A stretch of DNA of 64,000 nucleotides from an uncultured bacterium (GTDB lineage Bacteria > Acidobacteriota > HRBIN11 > JAKEFK01): the NCBI GenBank assembly GCA_963777505.1, contig CAVZQN010000004.1, forward strand, positions 1,312,001-1,376,000, read 5' to 3'. Below, in pieces: positions 38,325 to 48,087 of this stretch. Below the pieces are notes generated by a model. The model did no database searches. It saw nothing but the letters and a program-made list of their open reading frames with translations, and was not told where the DNA came from. Made by a program: the position numbers and the translations under genes. Every line of letters starts with the position of its first letter. Within the stretch, counting starts at the first letter, position 1.

Positions 38325-40022
38325 GTGCTGGAGATGATGGGTACGATTCTCCTGAGGGTGTTCTTTCTATTTACATTCACGCTGTTGCTCTGCCCGGAGC
38401 TTGTCTCTGCTGCTCCCAATTCCAAACAACTCTACGATCAGGCTGTAAAGCTTGAAGAGGCTTTGAAGAAATCCGGCGAAAAGCAGAAACAAATTTCAGA
38501 GTGGAAAAAAGTCGTAGAAGCTTATCGCAAGGTTTACTACACACATCCTACATCTGGTTACTGTGACAATTCGCTGTTTCATGTCGGCGGTTTATATTCC
38601 GAGATGGGACGGCGTTTTAATGACGATCTTTATTTGCATCGGGCTTGCAGCACATTTGAGTTCCTTATCGATCAGTACGGTTCGAGTTCACTTGTTGAAG
38701 AGGCAATGCTTGAATACATCCGGATCATGCGGGATGAGTTGAATAAAGATCAGGAACTAAAGGCGATGGAATCCCGCTTTCGAGTGAGAGCGCCAAAGAT
38801 GGCAGCTACCGTATTAAAGGAATCGAATGCAACAGCGACTCAGCCTGCATCTTTAAAAACACTTCGACATTATACAAGCACGGATTACACACGCATTGTG
38901 CTTGATTTCGATAAAGAAGTTTCTTTCAAACGGAACCGCCTGATGAATCCGGATCGGTTGTATCTGGATTTCGATAACACAGTCGCATACAAGGATCTTG
39001 TTGATCAGGAGTTTTCCGTAGACGATGGCTTTTTGAAGAAAGTACGAGTCGGTCAAAATACGTATCGCAAAGCGCGCGTCGTTTTGGACTTAAAGAGCAT
39101 TGAAAATTTTGAAATCTTTGCTCTCTATCATCCGTACCGGGTTGTGATCGACATTCAAGGAAAGAAAGTAGCCGAAGTAATCGAACAGCCGATTCAACCT
39201 CAAATCATCCCTGAGAAAACGGTAGATCCCGAACAACCATCCACACCCGCCATTTCCCCTGAAATGGCCAAAGCAAACACAAGTGGACAGTACTCCCTGG
39301 CGCGACAACTTGGCCTGAAGGTTCGAAGAATTGTGGTTGATGCTGGACACGGCGGACATGATCCAGGAGCAATGCGAAGTGGAATGAAAGAAAAGGATAT
39401 TACGCTGGATGTTTCCAGAAGATTGAAAAGTATCCTCGAAGACCAATATGGTTACGAAGTCTTAATGACAAGGGACGAAGACGACTATGTTGCGCTGGAA
39501 GAGCGGACAGCGTTTGCGAACAGCAAATCCGCCGATCTCTTTGTTTCTGTGCATGTCAATTCAAGTAGAAATAAAAAAGCAAAAGGCATTGAAACATATT
39601 ACTTAAATTTTGCGACGACACCTGAAGCAATGGAAGTTGCCGCACGTGAAAATGCAATCTCTGAAAAAAATATGGGCGAGCTTCAAAAATTAACTACAGC
39701 AATTGCATTAAATACAAAAATTGAAGAATCACGTGATTTTGCAAAATTAATACAAACCAGTCTGGTCGGGCATCTTCAAAAGGGGTACGCACCCAGTAAT
39801 TTAGGAGTTAAACAAGCTCCATTTTATGTCTTGATCGGCGCGCAAATGCCTTCCATCCTTGCCGAAATTTCATTCATCAGTAATGAACGCGAATACAATC
39901 TTCTCGAAACTTCGAGCTATAGAGATTCACTTGCGCAAGGACTCGCACGCGGCATTCGTAACTATGTAGATACACTCGCAGAAAGCCGCCTCACTAAAAA
40001 CCTGCCTGCAGATGGGAATTGA
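38325..40022 (+). CDS. N-acetylmuramoyl-L-alanine amidase (Amidase_3) with N-terminal TPR-like and AMIN domains (start may be ATG 38334/38337)
   Basis: Signal peptide; TRIVLD, NPDRLYLD, RVVIDI AMIN motifs; VVDAGHGGHDPGA, EKDITL, LFVSVHVNS, APFYVL..A.MPSILAE. Confidence 0.92.
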   Translation: MLEMMGTILLRVFFLFTFTLLLCPELVSAAPNSKQLYDQAVKLEEALKKSGEKQKQISEWKKVVEAYRKVYYTHPTSGYCDNSLFHVGGLYSEMGRRFNDDLYLHRACSTFEFLIDQYGSSSLVEEAMLEYIRIMRDELNKDQELKAMESRFRVRAPKMAATVLKESNATATQPASLKTLRHYTSTDYTRIVLDFDKEVSFKRNRLMNPDRLYLDFDNTVAYKDLVDQEFSVDDGFLKKVRVGQNTYRKARVVLDLKSIENFEIFALYHPYRVVIDIQGKKVAEVIEQPIQPQIIPEKTVDPEQPSTPAISPEMAKANTSGQYSLARQLGLKVRRIVVDAGHGGHDPGAMRSGMKEKDITLDVSRRLKSILEDQYGYEVLMTRDEDDYVALEERTAFANSKSADLFVSVHVNSSRNKKAKGIETYYLNFATTPEAMEVAARENAISEKNMGELQKLTTAIALNTKIEESRDFAKLIQTSLVGHLQKGYAPSNLGVKQAPFYVLIGAQMPSILAEISFISNEREYNLLETSSYRDSLAQGLARGIRNYVDTLAESRLTKNLPADGN

Positions 40023-40024
40023 AA

Positions 40025-40069
40025 CCTGCATTCTGCATCTTGAATCAGCCTCCTGAATCCTGAATCTTG
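40025..40069. repeat. Heptamer tandem repeat (CCTGMAT family) just after the amidase stop
   Basis: CCTGCAT TCTGCAT CTTGAAT ... CCTGAAT CCTGAAT. Confidence 0.6.
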
Positions 40070-40122
40070 TAGTAACTTTCCAATGGAGTAGTACGCTCAT
40101 AGTACTACCATGTGTATTGTTC

Positions 40123-40151
40123 TTGACATCTCACTATGCTTGTAGTAATAT
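40123..40151 (+). promoter_or_regulatory. Upstream putative sigma70 promoter (P1) before pilM
   Basis: TTGACA-17 nt-TAATAT. Confidence 0.55.
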
Positions 40152-40308
40152 CCCCGCTGATCCAGGAGGTTCCAGATTGCCTTTTTCTGCCTCAGGGGCG
40201 TATTTGTGGGGATGCTGAGATCCGCAATGGGAGCGGGTTTCCTGCATAGTACGATGGGCAAGAACCGCATGGGATCTGGATTTCGACCGAGTTTGTGACG
40301 ACCTTTCC

Positions 40309-40337
40309 TTGACAAGCAAGGGAGTTTTTGTTAACGT
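40309..40337 (+). promoter_or_regulatory. Proximal putative sigma70 promoter (P2) of pilMNOPQ
   Basis: TTGACA-17 nt-TAACGT with TG extension. Confidence 0.55.
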
Positions 40338-40368
40338 ACCGGAGAAATCCTGAAATAAGGAGAGACAA

Positions 40369-41430
40369 GTGGGGCTGTTCGGCAAACCCAAGGACCTGGT
40401 GGGACTCGACATCGGTTCACACTCCATAAAGCTCGTTGAATTTAAACAACGAGGCAAAGCCTTTGAACTAGTCAGCTTTGGCATTCAACCACTTCCACCC
40501 GATTCAATCGTTGAAGGCGCAATCATGGATTCATCTGCAGTAGCAGATGCAATCGACAGCCTTTTCGTAAATAACAACGTTAAAAGAACAGATGTTGCGA
40601 CATCTGTTTCCGGTGGTTCGGTTATTGTCAAAAAGATTTCACTTCCTTCAATGAGTGAAGGTGAACTGGCGGAATCGATCCGTTGGGAAGCCGAACAATA
40701 TATTCCCTTTCCGATTGATGAAGTGAATCTGGATCATAAAATCCTCCGTTCGAATGCCGGCCAGGGTGGCATGATGGATATCGTTCTGGTGGCAGTTAAA
40801 AAAGACATGATCGGATTTTATGCCAATGTTATTACTCAAGCAGGAAAGCGTCCTCTCGTTGTCGATGTAGATTCGTTTGCACTACAAAATGCGTTTGAGC
40901 TGAATTACAAATCGGATGTTCGTTCCGATGAAGTCATCGCATTGATCAATGTTGGTGCAAGCCTCATTAATATGAACATCATTCAGGGAGACATTTCCCT
41001 TTTCACTCGTGATATCGGCACAGGCGGAAATCTGTACACTGAAACAATTCAGCGTGAACTCAACCTGAGCCGCGAGAATGCAGAAAATATTAAGAAGGGA
41101 ATTGCTACTGATGGAATCGAACCTTCCTCCGCCGCATCCATCATTCAAGGAGTAACAGAAGACATCGCAGTGGATGTGCAGCGTACTCTTGATTTCTTTA
41201 AGGCAACCTCAACAGAAGAGCGGATCGACCGCATTTATATTGCCGGTGGATCTGCAAAGATACCAGGACTGCAGCAATATTTCCGTGAGAAATTTAACGC
41301 ACAAACAGAACTTCTAAATCCGTTTAAAAACGTGAAGTTGACCAATATTGATGCTGATTATCTACACGAAGTTGCGCCTGTTGCTACAGTTGCTGTGGGA
41401 TTGGCTTTAAGAAAGGCAGGAGATTCATGA
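40369..41430 (+). CDS. pilM: Type IV pilus assembly protein PilM
   Basis: VGLDIGSHSIKLVE, WEAEQYIPFPIDEVNLD, VDVDSFALQN, GGSAKIPGL, AVGLALR. Confidence 0.96.
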   Translation: MGLFGKPKDLVGLDIGSHSIKLVEFKQRGKAFELVSFGIQPLPPDSIVEGAIMDSSAVADAIDSLFVNNNVKRTDVATSVSGGSVIVKKISLPSMSEGELAESIRWEAEQYIPFPIDEVNLDHKILRSNAGQGGMMDIVLVAVKKDMIGFYANVITQAGKRPLVVDVDSFALQNAFELNYKSDVRSDEVIALINVGASLINMNIIQGDISLFTRDIGTGGNLYTETIQRELNLSRENAENIKKGIATDGIEPSSAASIIQGVTEDIAVDVQRTLDFFKATSTEERIDRIYIAGGSAKIPGLQQYFREKFNAQTELLNPFKNVKLTNIDADYLHEVAPVATVAVGLALRKAGDS

Positions 41431-42062
41431 TCAAAATAAACCTACTTGAGGTTGAAAAAGAACGCCGCCCATCGAAACCCGGAATTGCTTCAGCGGGAGT
41501 CGGTGGACCGACTGCGTTAATTGCCGCATTAATGATCGGGCTGGCAATCGGAGCATTTCTCCTGCACTACTTTATTAAAAAATCTCAACTCGCAACGCTT
41601 ACTAAAGATGTAATACAAAAACGAGAAAGAAAGAAGGAATTAGAACCGTATATCAAACGTGTTGATGAGTTGGAAAGACGAAGGAATGAGCTGGCCAAGA
41701 AAAATTATGCAATTGAAGAGTTACGCAGTCAGCGCACAATACCAGTTCATATTCTCGATGAAGTCAGCCGATCCATTCCTGAATATCTCTGGCTGACGAA
41801 CCTGACTTTGAAAGGCGCAGTTTTAAGTATTGATGGGGAAACTTTACAAGAACAAGCGATCCCCACACTTATGAAAACATTGGATTCTTCTCAGTTTATT
41901 GGAACGCCAAGGTTGATCGAAACGAAACAAAGAGCTACAACCGGTCAGCAAGCGGGTTCGAGTACACAGTTTAAACTTTCGGCGGCAATTACAAATCCAT
42001 TTAAACCAAAAGCGCCGGAAGTGAAAGAAACGACAACTAAGAAGCGCAAGAGCGCATCGTAG
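41427..42062 (+). CDS. pilN: Type IV pilus assembly protein PilN
   Basis: MIKINLL PilM-binding motif, TM helix, coiled coil, IPE.LWLT. Confidence 0.9.
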   Translation: MIKINLLEVEKERRPSKPGIASAGVGGPTALIAALMIGLAIGAFLLHYFIKKSQLATLTKDVIQKRERKKELEPYIKRVDELERRRNELAKKNYAIEELRSQRTIPVHILDEVSRSIPEYLWLTNLTLKGAVLSIDGETLQEQAIPTLMKTLDSSQFIGTPRLIETKQRATTGQQAGSSTQFKLSAAITNPFKPKAPEVKETTTKKRKSAS

Positions 42063-42075
42063 AGGAAACAGAACT

Positions 42076-42699
42076 ATGGCAATGTCAGATACCATTAAAG
42101 GTTGGCCCTGGTATGGGCAAGCTTTTCTGTTTCTACTAATCGGTGCAGCCTTGTTTTATGGCGGTCATCGTTTGTTGGTGAAACCGATTAACGAAGAAAT
42201 GTCACGCTTAAATATCGAAAGGGAAGAACTCATCGCTGAGATCAATAAAGGTGAAACTTTAAAAGCACGATTTATTGAATTTGAAGCTGAATTGAAACGG
42301 TTGGAAGGGCAGCTTGAATCTCTAAAAAGAATTCTGCCATCCACTGAAGAAATTGCTGATCTTTACAGCAGAATTCAGCAAGAAGGAACTGAATTGGGTT
42401 TGAATATCATGTTGTTCAAGCCAGGAAATCACGTTCCTAAGGAATACTATGACGAATGGCCGATTGCGATGACTTTAAGTGGTAACTACCACATTCTGGC
42501 CAAGTTTTTTGAACGGATCGGGAAATTGTATCGAATTATTAATGTGAATGATTTTGCTGTGAAGACCTCAACTGGCAGAGCAGCAGGAGTGGCGTCAAGC
42601 ACTACTATCCAAGCCACTTGTGTAGCGACTACCTTCATATATAAAGAGGGTACACCAGATGCCAAGACAACGACTAAGAAAAGGGGAGGTAGAACATGA
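42076..42699 (+). CDS. pilO: Type IV pilus assembly protein PilO
   Basis: TM plus coiled coil, LP..EEI..L, Y.E.PI.....GNYH....FF..I..L.RIINV. Confidence 0.92.
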   Translation: MAMSDTIKGWPWYGQAFLFLLIGAALFYGGHRLLVKPINEEMSRLNIEREELIAEINKGETLKARFIEFEAELKRLEGQLESLKRILPSTEEIADLYSRIQQEGTELGLNIMLFKPGNHVPKEYYDEWPIAMTLSGNYHILAKFFERIGKLYRIINVNDFAVKTSTGRAAGVASSTTIQATCVATTFIYKEGTPDAKTTTKKRGGRT

Positions 42700-43214
42700 A
42701 GAATCGTGGTCTTTTGCTTTTTCTTGTCCTTATTACTTTAACATTTGGGACTTTAACGGTGGCTCAGGCTCAAACTGCTGAGCCGGTTCCACCAGCTTCA
42801 GAACCTCCGTCACAAGTACCAAGCCTGACCTCATCAGTTGAGAAAAAGGCAGACTCACCAGAAACATACGATATCAGTTATAACTACGATCCGGCGAACC
42901 GTCGTGATCCTTTTATCAGTTTACTTACTGGAATCAAAGGTAAGAAAACACCACAAGGGCAGTTAACAGTAACAGATGCTAAAGTGGTAGGGATTACGCG
43001 GAACCGTGACGGCTACGTTGCAATCATCATGGGAGCTGATAAAAAGGCTCGATTTATGAAGCCTGGAGACAAGCTTTATGACGGAGCGGTGATCGCAATT
43101 GAAGCTGATCGTGTTATCTTCCGTCAGGACTTAACGGAAGATACACTCACTGCACCGGGTTTGAAATCAAAGGAAGTCGTTAAGAGGTTACATCCCGTCC
43201 AGGAGGGGACATAA
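42696..43214 (+). CDS. pilP: Type IV pilus assembly protein PilP-like
   Basis: Signal peptide, Y.YDP..RRDPF motif, beta domain with K.GDK..DG.V..I; between pilO and pilQ. Confidence 0.8.
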   Translation: MKNRGLLLFLVLITLTFGTLTVAQAQTAEPVPPASEPPSQVPSLTSSVEKKADSPETYDISYNYDPANRRDPFISLLTGIKGKKTPQGQLTVTDAKVVGITRNRDGYVAIIMGADKKARFMKPGDKLYDGAVIAIEADRVIFRQDLTEDTLTAPGLKSKEVVKRLHPVQEGT

Positions 43215-45820
43215 TGAGCAAACTTCATCCATGTTTGTTGTCCTTTCTGTTGATCCTTTCGTTTTTTGCGCCAGCTTTTGTACTGGCTGAGGATCTAGTA
43301 GGCATCAAAAACTTATCGTGGGAGGAACAGAAGAACCGTACGAAGATTGTGTTGGAAACATCACAACCACTCGTTTATACGGTCACCTCACCGCAATCCA
43401 CTTCGGAAGTTCATATTGAATTGGCGAATCTGGATTTGCGAAACATGCCTCAAGAGCTGTTTATAAATACAAGTGAAGTCGTTTCCCTCCGAACATTTCC
43501 TCAAACGGAAGGCCAGAAAGCAAAGATAATTCTGAAACTGGCATCGATACTTCCATATGAAGTGAAAACGGATGGCGCAAATCTCTATGTAGAGATTAAT
43601 GCCAAGGGACAAGGTGATGGTTTACTTGCCCCTGCTCCTACAATGACGTCACAGCCGGCACCAAAACAGGAAGAACCTGTAAAAGTGGAACCGATTCAGG
43701 AAGCAACACTTGCTCCAATTGAAGAGAAGCAATCGGAACCGGAAGTGAAGGCAGCTCCAACACCAGCGCCAGAGGAAATTGCAGAACTAAAAACTCTTGA
43801 ACCAGCTACAGAAGTACGTAGTGTGCGTATTGAAGAGCTGGAAAATAGAGTTGATGTTGTGCTGGTTGGAAATGGCTCGTTCCGATATGACGTTTTTGAG
43901 CTTTCTAATCCAAATCGCATTGTTATCGATTTGAAATCGGTCACAGTTGCAGCAGGAATTAAGAACGTTGTAGAAGGAAGCAATGAGATGCTTTCACGCG
44001 TGCGTGTAGCACAGTTTCAACAATCTCCTAAAATCGCGCGCGCGGTCATCGATTTGAATTCAAAAGTTCCATATACAATCAAACCAAAAGGTGCAGAACT
44101 TTTAGTTCATATTGGTGCAACTCCAAAGGATGATGCTGCTGCAATAAATCCAGAGCCATCCATTGCGAATTCTTCAGAACCTGCAATTGAAACACAACAG
44201 GAAGAGCAAACCGAAGAAGCTGTTCCAGAGCCAGTTCCAACAGAACCAGCTGCGATGGAAACAGAACCGGCTCCGGTTGAAATCTCTTCACTTCCTCCTG
44301 CTTCAATTGAACCAGTAAAGTTGGCCGCGAAAGATTCAGTTCCATCAGTGGAAAGCGCGGCAAAAACTGAAGAACCCATTACACAGGACAATGAACAGTT
44401 TTTTACTTTTAAGCCTGATACATCACTCTTCGCACAGGAAGGCAGCACCACTGGCAGTTCGACGACGGGTTCGTCGGGTACCGGTACGACTGGCGAAGGC
44501 GCTGGTGGATATGGGATGGGATCTTTTGGTGATAAAACACTTCGAAGTGGAGAAAAACAATATACAGGTGAACCATTCTCCTTCGATTTCAAAGATATTG
44601 ACATAAAAGATCTCTTCAGATTTATCGCTGATATTTCCGGACTCAATGTAATCCTGGATCCTGCTGTTAGAGGATCCGTAACTTTGAAACTTACTGAAGT
44701 ACCCTGGGATCAGGCTTTAGATCTGATCACAAAAAACCAGGGCCTTGGTTACACAATTGAAGGAAATGTCATTCGAATCGCACCGATTCAAAAGATCGCC
44801 GATGAAGAAAAGAAACGTGCTGATGCTGAACGTCAGCAGATGTTGAGCGCTCCTCTTGTTACAAAAATAAAACCGCTTAGCTATGCAAAAGCAAATGATG
44901 TAGACCGTGTAGTCAGGCGTTTGTTAACACCGAAAGGCAGCGCTATTGTTGATCCACGTACTAACACAATGATTATTACCGACATCAATACAAATATTGA
45001 TGCGATTATTAACTTGATCGATACGTTAGATTCCAGAACGGCTCAAGTTTTGATCGAAGCTCGTATTGTTGAAACAAACAAGAACTTCTCACAAGCTTTT
45101 GGTATTCAGTGGGGTTTCCGTGGAATCGTAGATCCTACATTTGGTAACAATACGACCTTGCAATTCCCGAACAATATTCTGGTTACTGGAAACAATTTGA
45201 CTCCAACAGCCGGAATAACAGGGAATCCATTGGGTGGATACGCAGTCAACCTGCCAACAGATCAAGCTCCGAATTCAGCGATCGGACTCTCGCTCGGAAA
45301 CATTCTTGATACGTTCAGGTTAGATCTTGCATTAATGGCATTGGAACAAAGCGGTAATGCACGCATCCTTTCATCGCCAAAAGTGGCTACCCAGAACAAT
45401 GCAAAGGCGGAAATTCTTCAAGGTGCACAAATTCCGTATCAAACAATTGCAAACAATACAATTACTACAACCTTCATCAATGCTGCACTCCGTATGTCCG
45501 TAACACCGCAGATTACTTCAGAAGGAACGATCATTATGGACATCGAAGTTGAAAACAACAGGCCAGATTTTACGCGATCTGTTGGAGCAGCTGGTGGAAC
45601 ACCGCCAATCAACATCGAACGCGCTACAACAACGCTTCTGGTTGAAGATGGCGGAACAACTGTGATTGGTGGAATTTTCCAAGCACAGGAACAATACACC
45701 CAAGGTCGAACGCCGGTCCTTCATCGCATTCCGCTTCTCGGCTGGCTGTTTAAGAACCAGAATGTCATTAGAGAAAACCGCGAACTGTTGATCTTTATCA
45801 CACCGCGGATCTTGCGTTAG
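43214..45820 (+). CDS. pilQ: Type IV pilus secretin PilQ with AMIN domains
   Basis: AMIN repeats; YTGE..S.DFKD.DI, V.L.L..VPWDQALD, D.RTN..II.D, QVLIEARIVE, IP.LGWLFK, ELLIFITPRI. Confidence 0.96.
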   Translation: MSKLHPCLLSFLLILSFFAPAFVLAEDLVGIKNLSWEEQKNRTKIVLETSQPLVYTVTSPQSTSEVHIELANLDLRNMPQELFINTSEVVSLRTFPQTEGQKAKIILKLASILPYEVKTDGANLYVEINAKGQGDGLLAPAPTMTSQPAPKQEEPVKVEPIQEATLAPIEEKQSEPEVKAAPTPAPEEIAELKTLEPATEVRSVRIEELENRVDVVLVGNGSFRYDVFELSNPNRIVIDLKSVTVAAGIKNVVEGSNEMLSRVRVAQFQQSPKIARAVIDLNSKVPYTIKPKGAELLVHIGATPKDDAAAINPEPSIANSSEPAIETQQEEQTEEAVPEPVPTEPAAMETEPAPVEISSLPPASIEPVKLAAKDSVPSVESAAKTEEPITQDNEQFFTFKPDTSLFAQEGSTTGSSTTGSSGTGTTGEGAGGYGMGSFGDKTLRSGEKQYTGEPFSFDFKDIDIKDLFRFIADISGLNVILDPAVRGSVTLKLTEVPWDQALDLITKNQGLGYTIEGNVIRIAPIQKIADEEKKRADAERQQMLSAPLVTKIKPLSYAKANDVDRVVRRLLTPKGSAIVDPRTNTMIITDINTNIDAIINLIDTLDSRTAQVLIEARIVETNKNFSQAFGIQWGFRGIVDPTFGNNTTLQFPNNILVTGNNLTPTAGITGNPLGGYAVNLPTDQAPNSAIGLSLGNILDTFRLDLALMALEQSGNARILSSPKVATQNNAKAEILQGAQIPYQTIANNTITTTFINAALRMSVTPQITSEGTIIMDIEVENNRPDFTRSVGAAGGTPPINIERATTTLLVEDGGTTVIGGIFQAQEQYTQGRTPVLHRIPLLGWLFKNQNVIRENRELLIFITPRILR

Positions 45821-45833
45821 GAGGAGGGAAACA

Positions 45834-46469
45834 ATGAGCATCAAAACTTTAAGACTAAAACCAGCGTTTTTGGTCCTCCTGGCTGTGGCTCTTATGAGCT
45901 ACGCTTGTTCGCGCGTGGAAGACAATACACGCTCCGGTTCGCTGCTTGTCGTAGAAAGCGTGGTTGGATCAGCCGGATCAGATGAGCAAGAACAGACGCC
46001 ATTGCTTTCAGATCTTTGTGAAGCGGAACCACCAGAATGTGATCAATGTTTCAGATTCAATGACAACGCTGTTGTTACATTCGCAAATGAATTTCTGCAA
46101 ATCGGACCTGGCTCAGGCGTGGGAAATGGTAGCTTCCTGAATGACATTATTGTAAATCGCTATCGTGTTGATTATTTCCGGCCTAATAACCGGAATACTC
46201 CTGGCGTAGACGTCCCATATGGGATCGATGGCACAATGAATGTTCGTATAACGCTAGGTGGAAGTGCCTCAGCTCCGATTATTGTTGTTCGGCATGTTCA
46301 AAAGAGAGAACCACCACTTTCTGATCTGATTCAATTGGGTCCTTTTGAAGATGTCATTACAACGCAATCTGAAATTAAGTTCTTTGGACAGGATGTAGCC
46401 GGTCGCACCGTGTCTGCATTTGGGTTCTTAGAAATCCATTTTGCGAACTTTGGGGATGAGGGGTGTTAA
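45834..46469 (+). CDS. Uncharacterised beta-rich lipoprotein directly downstream of pilQ
   Basis: AGGAGG SD; lipobox-like MSYAC; C-terminal LEIHFANFGD strand. Confidence 0.75.
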   Translation: MSIKTLRLKPAFLVLLAVALMSYACSRVEDNTRSGSLLVVESVVGSAGSDEQEQTPLLSDLCEAEPPECDQCFRFNDNAVVTFANEFLQIGPGSGVGNGSFLNDIIVNRYRVDYFRPNNRNTPGVDVPYGIDGTMNVRITLGGSASAPIIVVRHVQKREPPLSDLIQLGPFEDVITTQSEIKFFGQDVAGRTVSAFGFLEIHFANFGDEGC

Positions 46470-46498
46470 TCATGGTCAGGAAGGTGTCGGAGGGAATT

Positions 46499-47989
46499 AT
46501 GAGAGCGAAATTCAGCTCGCGTACGTTTAAAAATGCGATGATTTTGCTTGTTCTGCTTACAGGCGCTATTGTTGTGAGCAGTTGTCGTAGCGATGAGGTA
46601 GAAATACCACCGCTTACCGGGCCAAGCGGCGCACGATTATTCTTACAGATTCAGGCAAATCCCGACCATTTAGTAATGCATGAGCCCGGGCGTCCCCGCG
46701 AAACATCAGAAATTACAATTCAATTGAAGAATCATCTTGGACAAGGAGTCCCTGGTGAGAACTTAAAACTTCGTATCTTAAACCGTACATTTAATGAAGT
46801 AAATATCGGACGGCTCAGTGATTTCAATGTACGGACCGATGGATCTGGTTTTGCGCGCGTGATCTATACAGCTCCCGATACAAGCGAATTATTTGACGCA
46901 ACAAGGATCATTATTCGTGCAGTTCTCACGAATGCTGCGTATCCAGATGAAGTAACGGATAATCATGAAATTGAACTTCAACGCTCTTCCGTTGATCCTG
47001 GAGAATGCGCAGGAGATCTATTCCCGCAAGGTGAAGTCTCCGTAAGTCCGTCCAGCCCAGTGGTAAATGAAACTGTCTGTTTCAATGCAACGGCAGTCTT
47101 CCCAACGGCTGAAGAATTCTTCTGGGATTTTGGAAATGGTGATACAGCCCAAAGTGGTAGCGGCCAAACCGTTTGTACTTCTTTTGGTAGTGATGGAACA
47201 TTCACTGTCAGCTTATTGGCTAGAAGCAATGATCGTGATTGCGGTGAAATAAGTTTCGCCGTTGTTGTAGAAGAAGGTGAACCGGCGACATGTACAATTA
47301 CATTCTCACCGTCCCCAGTGCTTGAGGGTCAGGATGTGACATTCATCGCAACGACAACTGACAATGATGGTGACGTAAGACGGTTCAGTTGGAACTTCGG
47401 CGATGGGTCGACGCAAAACACAAATAGTGGGACCGTTACGCATGATTATGATGAAGCGGGCACCTACACCGTCGTGTTAACCATTACGGATGATCAAGGT
47501 AATATCTCGACGTGTACAACCACAGTCACTGTATCGGCGGAGCAGGAAGGAGATCCTATTTGCTCGTTCACAGTCAGCCCGACGAACATACTGGCAAACA
47601 CTACACCTGTATCAGCCAATGCTACGGCGAGCGACGACGATGACGGTGAAATTGTCACGTATTTCGTTGATTGGGGCGATGGCTCAGCGCCAGATACGTT
47701 GAACTGTCCGAACGGCGTATGTCCGGGCACATTTGCGATCATCAATAAGTCAAGTGGACCGTACACATCGGAAGGAAGCTTCACGGTTACACTGTTAGTA
47801 GTTGACGATGATGGCAACGACTCAAGCTGTACGCAGCAGGTCACAGTGTGTCCGTCCACAGGATGTCCTACAGGGGATGCCCAGTGTTCGGATGGAATCG
47901 ACAATGATTCCGATGGTTTCACTGACTTTAGCCCGACGCCAGGAATCGGTGATCCTCAGTGCTCAAGTGCCACGGATGACACTGAGTAG
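46499..47989 (+). CDS. Lipoprotein with an invasin/Big_1-like domain, three PKD domains and a C-terminal Cys/Asp calcium-binding motif
   Basis: Lipobox-like VVSSC; TDGSGFARVIYTAP; WDFGNG, WNFGDG, DWGDG; CSDGIDNDSDGFTD...DPQC. Confidence 0.8.
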   Translation: MRAKFSSRTFKNAMILLVLLTGAIVVSSCRSDEVEIPPLTGPSGARLFLQIQANPDHLVMHEPGRPRETSEITIQLKNHLGQGVPGENLKLRILNRTFNEVNIGRLSDFNVRTDGSGFARVIYTAPDTSELFDATRIIIRAVLTNAAYPDEVTDNHEIELQRSSVDPGECAGDLFPQGEVSVSPSSPVVNETVCFNATAVFPTAEEFFWDFGNGDTAQSGSGQTVCTSFGSDGTFTVSLLARSNDRDCGEISFAVVVEEGEPATCTITFSPSPVLEGQDVTFIATTTDNDGDVRRFSWNFGDGSTQNTNSGTVTHDYDEAGTYTVVLTITDDQGNISTCTTTVTVSAEQEGDPICSFTVSPTNILANTTPVSANATASDDDDGEIVTYFVDWGDGSAPDTLNCPNGVCPGTFAIINKSSGPYTSEGSFTVTLLVVDDDGNDSSCTQQVTVCPSTGCPTGDAQCSDGIDNDSDGFTDFSPTPGIGDPQCSSATDDTE

Positions 47990-48031
47990 AAAGTGTTGAT
48001 CTAGATTTTAGGATAGGGTAGAATTTGTTTG

Positions 48032-48059
48032 GGGCCAGGTGATGAACCTGGCCCTTTTT
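48032..48059 (+). terminator. Rho-independent terminator
   Basis: GGGCCAGGT-gatga-ACCTGGCCC followed by TTTTT. Confidence 0.8.
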
Positions 48060-48087
48060 CTGTTTGTTACTAATGTAGTAGTTGAAA

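Noticed and set aside
40150-40300. 6S RNA or c-di-GMP riboswitch before pilM
   Set aside because: No recognisable consensus; kept only as an unassigned leader finding
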